The notes beneath the pieces are model-generated. The model made no database searches, was not told the origin of the DNA, and saw only the letters and a list, made by a program, of their open reading frames with translations. A program made the translations under genes and the position numbers. A stretch of DNA of 11,048 bases, taken from the IMG/VR virus record IMGVR_UViG_3300042519_001716, one strand, 5' to 3'. Position 1 is the stretch's first letter, and every line of letters begins with the position of its first letter. This stretch comes from a virus (taxonomy: Duplodnaviria; Heunggongvirae; Uroviricota; Caudoviricetes). Of this stretch, positions 5,979-11,048 are shown piece after piece.

Positions 5979-6011
5979 AAAAAAGCCCCTAAGCACTTTA
6001 TGCGAAGGGGC
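5979..6011 (-). terminator. Minus-strand intrinsic terminator upstream of the late-type block
   Basis: GCCCCT(5985-5990)/AGGGGC(6006-6011) plus an inner GCA/TGC pairing, with a U6 tract on the minus strand (A5979-5984). Confidence 0.65.
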
Positions 6012-6075
6012 GATTATATATGATTCTTTTACCAATTACTCTTTAAAAAATTAAACTGTTTTTTTATATTAGGTT

Positions 6076-6936
6076 ATGGAAAATCAAAATATTAAAAAAA
6101 TTGAAAAAATAAGAAATAAATTAAGACAACGAAACATCCTCCCCAAATATGGTGGTTTTTTAACAGAAGAACAAACAAAAATCTATGAACAATTAAATAG
6201 AGGTGACTTCAGCTTGTGGGAAAAAATAAAAGAAGAAGAACATGCACAAAAACAATACAAGCACGTAAAAAAAGAAAGGAATCTAAAAAAACATAATTAT
6301 TATATCAAATCACAATTAAGAAAACTAGGGGTTTTACCAAAAGTTGGTACACCAATGAACGTAGAGGAAATGGAAATTTGTAATCAAATAGCACAAGGGA
6401 ATTATGAGGTATATAAAAAATATAAAAAATATGGTGATAGTAATGTTGTTATTAAATCTTTTAATTGTACAATCTGTGGAGATGTTGATCCACTGAACTT
6501 TTATCCAACCCATAAAAGCAAATGTAAAAAGTGTAATCTAAAAGAAAAAAAAATAAAATATATAAATGGAGATTTATATGGTAGTTTAGCTAAAAATAAG
6601 GAGTGGAGAAAAGAAAACTTTATTCGACTAAGAGTTATGAATGCTAAACATTCAGCTAAAAGAAAAAATCTTGAATTTACTATTGATGATGAGTTTATAT
6701 ACCAAAGGCTAACAGAACAGGAAAGTAAATGTGCTATAAGTGGTATTGTTCTAACCTTTAATTCGGATGATTGGCATTCTATGTCAATAGATAGAATAGA
6801 TTCAAGCCTTGGTTATACCCCAGATAATATTTTATTGGTTATTAGGTTTCTCAATATAGCGAAGGGGAATAAATCAAATGAGGCTCTGGTTGAAGAGATT
6901 AAATTATGTTATGAGGGAATAATAGCCCACAGCTAA
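6076..6936 (+). CDS. His-Me-finger (HNH/EndoVII-like) endonuclease, probable homing endonuclease, with duplicated N-terminal module and CxxC...CxxC linker
   Basis: C-terminal KCAISG...SIDRIDSSLGYTPDNILLVIRFLNIAK pattern typical of phage free-standing endonucleases. CTIC...CKKC at aa 131-153. Lone plus-strand gene between two minus-strand blocks. Confidence 0.75.
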   Translation: MENQNIKKIEKIRNKLRQRNILPKYGGFLTEEQTKIYEQLNRGDFSLWEKIKEEEHAQKQYKHVKKERNLKKHNYYIKSQLRKLGVLPKVGTPMNVEEMEICNQIAQGNYEVYKKYKKYGDSNVVIKSFNCTICGDVDPLNFYPTHKSKCKKCNLKEKKIKYINGDLYGSLAKNKEWRKENFIRLRVMNAKHSAKRKNLEFTIDDEFIYQRLTEQESKCAISGIVLTFNSDDWHSMSIDRIDSSLGYTPDNILLVIRFLNIAKGNKSNEALVEEIKLCYEGIIAHS

Positions 6937-7060
6937 TTTTTGCCAGAAATTTTTTTTTTGAAACACAGGGTCTTTTGTCACACCAGCTTTTTTTGCCAAA
7001 ATTTTTTTTTTAAAAAGGGCCCTAGTGTTTCCGATTTTAGGTTTTTTCCGGAAAAAAATT
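6930..7060. repeat. Three T-tract/GC-core/A-tract units phased at 53 bp, including a 16-bp palindrome
   Basis: TTTTT-GCCA-GAAA-T10 (core starts 6942), TTTTT-GCCA-AAA-T10 (6995), TTTTT-CCGG-AAAAAAA-TTT (7048). Palindrome TTTTTTCCGGAAAAAA at 7042-7057. Confidence 0.7.
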
Positions 7061-7113
7061 TCTCTCACGGTATTGTCCCCCGTCCCACAAACCGAAAAAA
7101 CCCCTATATAATA

Positions 7114-7147
7114 GGGGATACCTTGGGGGCGGTGGTGGGGGTAGGGG
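7114..7147 (+). other. Canonical G-quadruplex-forming motif
   Basis: GGGG(7114-7117)-ATACCTT-GGGGG(7125-7129)-CGGTGGT-GGGGG(7137-7141)-TA-GGGG(7144-7147). Four tracts of at least 4 G, loops of 7, 7 and 2 nt. Confidence 0.7.
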
Positions 7148-7165
7148 TGCTACCTAACCCCTACC
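7140..7165. terminator. Hairpin overlapping the stop codon of 7154..7567
   Basis: GGTAGGGGT(7140-7148)/ACCCCTACC(7157-7165) 9-bp stem. No clear U-tract, so a terminator role is uncertain. Confidence 0.4.
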
Positions 7166-7567
7166 GAAACATTCACTACCCATACCCCTCTCTATGCTTT
7201 CCGGTGTGGTTAGTTTCCGGTTACACTTACAGCATCTACCCTCGTGCCATATTTCCGTACGGCTGTCTATGATACCCTTCTGCAAGTGGGCGAATATCCA
7301 ACTAAACGCCAGTGCTTGTGGCAGTCCCTTAAACTGACTCTTGGCAGTTTGGTAAAAGCCTCTTTGCTCCGTTAAGCATCCAATGTAGGAATAGTCCGCC
7401 TCATTATTTGAGCCTCTTAAAACTGACACAAAATAGAGGTCGCTATCCTCTGCTTTGCGTACCTTATAAGTAAAGCGGTTTGTAGTGCCAACAAATGTGG
7501 CGGTCGCGTTACCGCCTAAAAGAAACGCGAGTGCTTGGCTTGGTTCGGTGATTTGTCTAGTAGTCAT
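7154..7567 (-). CDS. DUF6011-like phage protein (137 aa) with C-terminal Zn-binding motif
   Basis: Recognised pattern AFLLGGNATATF...RFTYKVRK...YFVSVLRGSNNEADYSYIG...WHEGRCCKCNRKLTTPESIERGMGSEC. Confidence 0.8.
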   Translation of the reverse strand: MTTRQITEPSQALAFLLGGNATATFVGTTNRFTYKVRKAEDSDLYFVSVLRGSNNEADYSYIGCLTEQRGFYQTAKSQFKGLPQALAFSWIFAHLQKGIIDSRTEIWHEGRCCKCNRKLTTPESIERGMGSECFGRG

Positions 7568-7596
7568 TTTAAAGCGATTTAAGGGGTTTAAATTAA

Positions 7597-7619
7597 GGGG
7601 TAGGCTAACTACCTACCCC
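7597..7619. terminator. Intergenic hairpin after 7635..8216
   Basis: GGGGTAGG(7597-7604)/CCTACCCC(7612-7619) perfect 8-bp stem, with an AT-rich tail on the minus strand. Confidence 0.55.
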
Positions 7620-7634
7620 AATGGTTAAAGTGTC

Positions 7635-8216
7635 TTACAACTCAGCGAAAACATCGTAAATTTCGCCATTCAAACTAACCGACCTAATGGAATTTAAGGA
7701 TGGGTTAATTACAGGAATTTGGTCTTGCTTTGCAATACCAAAATCGGACTGCTTTTTACTTGTGTTATCCCTAAAATAAGGCTTAACTTGGTCTAAGGTT
7801 AGCGGTCGCATTTGAGAATCATAATACTCCGCTTCTCTTTGGCAATCTTTGTGCAACATAAATTGTGCGTACAATCTGCGTTGCTCAATAGGTAGATTTA
7901 CATCTGCTCTATGATAAAGAACATTACCGCTTAAATGGTCTGCGTATAAATGCGGTTGCGGTGTCCAATTAGCAAAATCTAGATTTAGTTTTTCTGCTAA
8001 TAATTCTACTGCTCTATCATACTTGCGATTTGCAACAATAGTGTAGGTAGCAAACTTGTAAACAACTCCCCCGAATTGTGCTTTTACTTGCTTACCGCCC
8101 TCTAATGTAGCCTCTGTCATTAAAGCCCAATGGCTAAATGGGTGTCCTTTTACCGCCATTAATAACTCTCTTAATTCAGCTACTGAAATGCGGTTTCTTG
8201 TTTTGTTCTTATTCAT
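7635..8216 (-). CDS. Hypothetical phage protein (193 aa)
   Basis: Long ORF downstream of a host-type promoter. The C-terminal IRSVSLNGEIYDV is loosely reminiscent of small beta-barrel (WYL/Sm-like) ends, but this is not confirmed. Confidence 0.8.
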   Translation of the reverse strand: MNKNKTRNRISVAELRELLMAVKGHPFSHWALMTEATLEGGKQVKAQFGGVVYKFATYTIVANRKYDRAVELLAEKLNLDFANWTPQPHLYADHLSGNVLYHRADVNLPIEQRRLYAQFMLHKDCQREAEYYDSQMRPLTLDQVKPYFRDNTSKKQSDFGIAKQDQIPVINPSLNSIRSVSLNGEIYDVFAEL

Positions 8217-8277
8217 AATGAATCTAAATTAGTGCCTACTTGATAGGGCATCGGCAATCCCTCTTGGTTTGTGTCAA

Positions 8278-8309
8278 CAAAGTACGGAAATAGTTTTCAC
8301 ATACACAAA
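8278..8309 (-). promoter_or_regulatory. Bacteroidota sigma-type promoter (degenerate -7), leftward
   Basis: Minus strand TTTG(8309-8306)-N20-GTACTTTG(8285-8278). TATATTTG(8313-8306) is an alternative perfect -7 box. Confidence 0.55.
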
Positions 8310-8351
8310 TATATTTTTGGTATTATTTTAAATTTATTTTATTTCTGGCAT

Positions 8352-8376
8352 TAATCTATTGAAAATCAATAAGTTA
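8352..8376. promoter_or_regulatory. Interrupted palindrome containing the IHF consensus WATCAANNNNTTR
   Basis: TAA-tc-TATTGA-aaa-TCAATA-ag-TTA. AATCAATAAGTTA (8364-8376) is an exact consensus match, and the opposite strand gives TTTCAATAGATTA (one mismatch). Confidence 0.55.
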
Positions 8377-8417
8377 GCACCGAAAAAAAAACTTAAATAA
8401 TTTTTATATAAATCTTA

Positions 8418-8450
8418 TTTGTTTATTTGGAATAGTTTTATTTAACTTTG
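8418..8450 (+). promoter_or_regulatory. Bacteroidota sigma-type promoter, rightward
   Basis: TTTG(8418-8421)-N21-TAACTTTG(8443-8450), matching -33 TTTG / -7 TAnnTTTG. Confidence 0.75.
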
Positions 8451-8486
8451 CGAAACAATTTTATTTAAACCTAAATTTTATCCATT

Positions 8487-9371
8487 ATGCAAAAGTCAAT
8501 TTTAGAACAAGCGAATTTGAATTGGGCCGTTAAAGGCGAACGATTAGTTACCGCAGAGAGTAACATTGAAACGGATAGCATTGCTATTGTCCGAACGGAT
8601 AATAATGCTATTCTTGGAGTACATGGCAAGGGTTATCATCCTTTGCAGAATTTAGAGATGATGGAAATCCTTGACCGCATTAGTGGTAAGATGGATTTAC
8701 CTTTACACAAGGGCGGTTATTTTGGCGAAGGTCAAAAGGTCTATGTTCAATTAAAGACAAAAGACCAGCGCGTGAACAAAGATATGGTTAAAGGGTATCT
8801 AACTTGTGTGAATAGTTTTGATGGCTCTACCTCTCTTGCGTTTGGCCATAGTAATTTAACTATCTCTTGCCAAAACACATTCTTTGCTAACTATCGCGAG
8901 ATGGCTAACAAAGTGCGTCATACACAAAAGATGCACGAGCGTATCGACTTAATTTGTATGCAGATTGAGGATGTACTACGCGCGGAGGAAAAGATTTTCC
9001 AGCAGATTGTAAAGATGGATAGTGTTTCTATCAACGAGCCTAGTGCCGTATTACTTAAAGCACTTAAATCAAAAGGCTTTGCATCCGTTAAGGATTTGGC
9101 TTTAACTCGCATCCTTAATTTAGAGGGTGAGGAGCGTTTGGCTGACTTGTCTACTTTGTCTACTCGCAAGAAAAATATTCTATCCGATTTGGAGGTGAAT
9201 ATTATGGGTGAGGTGCAAGACAAGGGTAGTAATATCTGGGGGTTGTTCTCAGGTATTACAAAGTACACTACACATCAATTAAAGGGCGATAGCAACGAGA
9301 ACAAATTGTTCGGAGTGTATGGCCGTAGAGAACGCGAGGTGTTCGCAGAATTAGGTCAATTAATTTCTTAA
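8487..9371 (+). CDS. DUF932 family protein (TIGR03299 phage/plasmid-like), 294 aa
   Basis: Recognised pattern LNW.V...AIVRTDNNAILGVHGKGYHPLQN...GG.FGEGQKVYV...GYLTCVNSFDGSTS...CQNT and a C-terminal WGLFSGITKYTTH. Confidence 0.85.
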   Translation: MQKSILEQANLNWAVKGERLVTAESNIETDSIAIVRTDNNAILGVHGKGYHPLQNLEMMEILDRISGKMDLPLHKGGYFGEGQKVYVQLKTKDQRVNKDMVKGYLTCVNSFDGSTSLAFGHSNLTISCQNTFFANYREMANKVRHTQKMHERIDLICMQIEDVLRAEEKIFQQIVKMDSVSINEPSAVLLKALKSKGFASVKDLALTRILNLEGEERLADLSTLSTRKKNILSDLEVNIMGEVQDKGSNIWGLFSGITKYTTHQLKGDSNENKLFGVYGRREREVFAELGQLIS

Positions 9372-9378
9372 TCTTAAT

Positions 9379-9408
9379 GGGGCGGGTATTACGCTCGCCC
9401 CTTATTTT
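9379..9408 (+). terminator. Intrinsic terminator after the DUF932-like gene
   Basis: GGGGCGGGT(9379-9387)/GCTCGCCCC(9393-9401) stem with G-U pairs, followed by TTATTTT. Confidence 0.7.
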
Positions 9409-9431
9409 AAAACTACATAAATTTAATTAAA

Positions 9432-9692
9432 ATGAAATCATTTGATTTTTATTTAGACACAAAGGTTACAACTTGGTATCGAACCCCTTTTGAAATTGAG
9501 GCTAACTCTTTGGAGGAGGCCAAGCAAAAGGCTATCAAGTTCGTTAAAGATGATGAGCATAGTTCTATCTCTTGGGATCAAGTTGATGAAACTATCGAGG
9601 TGATGTCGGTAGATGAAAATGGTGGTGAGTCTACGGAGGAACTATATTATGAGTCCAGCAAAAATATGGTTTGGGATAACACTAAGAAATAA
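9432..9692 (+). CDS. Small acidic hypothetical protein (86 aa) with FEIEANSLEEAKQKA motif
   Basis: The xEAxSxEEA motif is common in small phage proteins (DpnD/PcfM-like, tentative). A-rich leader before the ATG. Confidence 0.8.
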   Translation: MKSFDFYLDTKVTTWYRTPFEIEANSLEEAKQKAIKFVKDDEHSSISWDQVDETIEVMSVDENGGESTEELYYESSKNMVWDNTKK

Positions 9693-9694
9693 TT

Positions 9695-9720
9695 ATGGTA
9701 GGGATTTTGTCCCTATCCAT
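9695..9720 (+). terminator. Hairpin after 9432..9692
   Basis: ATGG-TAGGGA(9695-9704)/TCCCTA-t-CCAT(9710-9720), followed by TTTATT. Confidence 0.45.
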
Positions 9721-9762
9721 TTTATTCTTAAATTTGAATTATTAATTAAAACTATTTCAATT

Positions 9763-10002
9763 ATGGAAAAGAAACTAAAATGTAGAACAAGCGAATTTAA
9801 AAGTGATATAACTTTTAATGAATGGGTTGTTATGTTTAATGTTAGTCGAGACTATATCCAGCCGACTCCTTATTTTCAAGGTAATCCCAAAACCATTATG
9901 GAATTTGACGGATATAAACTTAATCGAAAAAAAGAACCATTGTCTTGGAGAATTGGGAAAATAGCCACTATGCTGGTGAATAGTATTAAATTGCCGTTTT
10001 AA
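9763..10002 (+). CDS. Hypothetical protein (79 aa), starts MEKKLKC
   Basis: Start moved from 9613 to 9763 because the extension overlaps the previous gene and crosses a hairpin and an AT-rich spacer. Confidence 0.7.
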   Translation: MEKKLKCRTSEFKSDITFNEWVVMFNVSRDYIQPTPYFQGNPKTIMEFDGYKLNRKKEPLSWRIGKIATMLVNSIKLPF

Positions 10003-10010
10003 GTAGTTAG

Positions 10011-10045
10011 TCCCGCATTCGTAATACGGGTGCGGGATCTTTTTT
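10011..10045 (+). terminator. Intrinsic terminator
   Basis: 12-bp stem TCCCGCATTCGT(10011-10022)/ACGGGTGCGGGA(10026-10037) with two G-U pairs, followed by TCTTTTTT. Confidence 0.8.
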
Positions 10046-10069
10046 AATTTACTTATTACAAAAAATAAA

Positions 10070-10100
10070 TTTGTTGGTTTAAATTATTTCATTTAAATTG
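10070..10100 (+). promoter_or_regulatory. Degenerate Bacteroidota sigma-type promoter
   Basis: TTTG(10070-10073), then TAAATTG(10094-10100) followed by C. The -7 box is imperfect. It lies after a terminator and 8 nt before the ATG. Confidence 0.45.
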
Positions 10101-10108
10101 CGTTCACT

Positions 10109-10459
10109 ATGTTAGACTCTAAAACTTTAATCTTTACGCGTGGCGAATTCTCCCAATCAATATGGAAGTTTGAACCTGGTGATTTCGAGGATATGAGATT
10201 GTCCGATGCGGAGTTGGATGATCTGCACGATAGGTTGATCGCGTATTACCAATATATGTTGATCACCAATGAAAATTCGATCAAGGAATTTCGTGCAAAT
10301 CTTGTAGATTTGATATGGGAATTCGCGTATGATGAATTTGAGTCTACTGATGATTGGATTGGTTTAGCAAAAAGTACGGAGGAAGATTTGATATGGAATG
10401 TGCGTTCGTGTTTTGCTTATGTTATTGAAAGGAATGCTGAGATGTATGAAGATTATTAA
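10109..10459 (+). CDS. Acidic hypothetical protein (116 aa)
   Basis: ORF tiles the region, is D/E-rich and looks helical. No motif recognised. Confidence 0.75.
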   Translation: MLDSKTLIFTRGEFSQSIWKFEPGDFEDMRLSDAELDDLHDRLIAYYQYMLITNENSIKEFRANLVDLIWEFAYDEFESTDDWIGLAKSTEEDLIWNVRSCFAYVIERNAEMYEDY

Positions 10460-10477
10460 CCTTTAAATAAAGTTCGT

Positions 10478-10687
10478 ATGACAACTACAAACAACAAATG
10501 GCCGATCGGTCAAATTATTGAGATCATTAAAATGGATGATCCACAAGCACCGCCACCGCATACACGCGGAGTAATACAATCAATTGATGGTATAGGGCAG
10601 ATCCACGTAAAATGGGATAATGGTTCAAGTCTGGCAGTTCAGCCGTATGACGATGTTTATCGAATTCTTGATGAACCAAAAAAATAA
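10478..10687 (+). CDS. DUF4314-like protein (69 aa)
   Basis: Recognised pattern IEIIKMDDPQAPPPHTRGVIQSIDGIGQIHVKWDNGSSLAV. Confidence 0.85.
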   Translation: MTTTNNKWPIGQIIEIIKMDDPQAPPPHTRGVIQSIDGIGQIHVKWDNGSSLAVQPYDDVYRILDEPKK

Positions 10688-10688
10688 T

Positions 10689-10719
10689 TTTGGTAATTAA
10701 ATAATTTTATTTATTTTTG
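10689..10719 (+). promoter_or_regulatory. Bacteroidota sigma-type promoter
   Basis: TTTG(10689-10692)-N19-TATTTTTG(10712-10719). Confidence 0.7.
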
Positions 10720-10740
10720 CTAAACAAAACAATTTAACCT

Positions 10741-11004
10741 ATGGCAAAGAAAACATTTAAAATCGGGGAGTACGCAATCGGAGGAATTATCCAAGTGTGT
10801 ACTACAAGTGAATCGGTTACTATTGATGCACTTGATTGGAATAGTAAGCAGAAAATTATGGGTAGAGAATTTCAAGTTAGAGCAACCAATGTTACTAACG
10901 AAATGGATAACTACCTAAATGAATTAACGAGTTCGTATTACGCAGACAAGGTATTAGACTTTATCAAAGAAAATGTTACATTTAATCTTAACTATCAATT
11001 TTAA
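10741..11004 (+). CDS. Hypothetical protein (87 aa)
   Basis: ORF 21 nt downstream of a host-type promoter. No motif recognised. Confidence 0.8.
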   Translation: MAKKTFKIGEYAIGGIIQVCTTSESVTIDALDWNSKQKIMGREFQVRATNVTNEMDNYLNELTSSYYADKVLDFIKENVTFNLNYQF

Positions 11005-11009
11005 TTATT

Positions 11010-11048
11010 ATGAAAGCAAATCCAATTGTTGATGCAATCCGTGAATCT
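11010..11048 (+). CDS. Start of a further ORF, truncated by the window edge (MKANPIVDAIRES...)
   Basis: ATG 5 nt after the previous stop, open to the end of the window. Confidence 0.55.
   Translation, partial: MKANPIVDAIRES

Noticed and set aside
6940-7272. 110-aa plus-strand ORF
   Set aside because: It reads through homopolymer tracts and the G-rich element, has implausible composition (FFLK, FFFKK) and overlaps the DUF6011-like gene.
8918-9268. 116-aa minus-strand ORF
   Set aside because: Antisense shadow of the DUF932-like gene.
3034-9762. Longest-ORF N-terminal extensions (starts at 3111, 5509, 6035, 9613)
   Set aside because: They cross terminators or promoter motifs or overlap neighbouring genes. 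Internal ATGs at 3033, 5362, 5954 and 9763 fit better.
1-11048. tRNA, rRNA, CRISPR array, transposase or integrase
   Set aside because: No cloverleaf, no regularly spaced repeats with unique spacers, and no DDE or tyrosine-recombinase motifs were seen by eye.
1-11048. Stop-codon reassignment, as known in some large Bacteroidota phages
   Set aside because: Genes tile densely in the standard code. TAG and TAA ends abut promoter motifs or the next gene, with no fragmented ORFs.

Overview
This is an AT-rich, gene-dense segment that looks like a large dsDNA phage of a Bacteroidota host rather than a bacterial chromosome. This is inferred from TTTG-N19-21-TAnnTTTG promoters, the lack of Shine-Dalgarno motifs and phage-type domains. 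No taxonomy can be confirmed without a search. The window has three parts. (1) 119-5954 is a minus-strand block of ten genes, including a 37-aa basic peptide missed by the ORF track. Several genes are preceded by the octamer TATTTATA, often exactly 4 nt before the ATG. Many carry short shared peptide tags (ITESEL/ITESQL; NEQxxxIKxMMxLNE) on unrelated bodies: a zincin-like HExxH protein, a WrbA-like flavoprotein, a type I phosphoribosyltransferase, a Zn-ribbon protein and a membrane protein. The block ends in a multi-hairpin element at 3-107. (2) 6076-7165 is a His-Me-finger (HNH-like) endonuclease followed by a convergent intergenic region with 53-bp-phased T-tract units, a 16-bp palindrome and a canonical four-tract G-quadruplex motif overlapping two competing hairpins. 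(3) 7154-11048 is a block of small early-type genes (DUF6011-like, DUF932-like, DUF4314-like, hypotheticals) driven by host-sigma-type promoters. It includes a divergent promoter pair with a palindromic IHF-consensus site centred between them. All family calls come from recognising motifs by eye and no searches were run.
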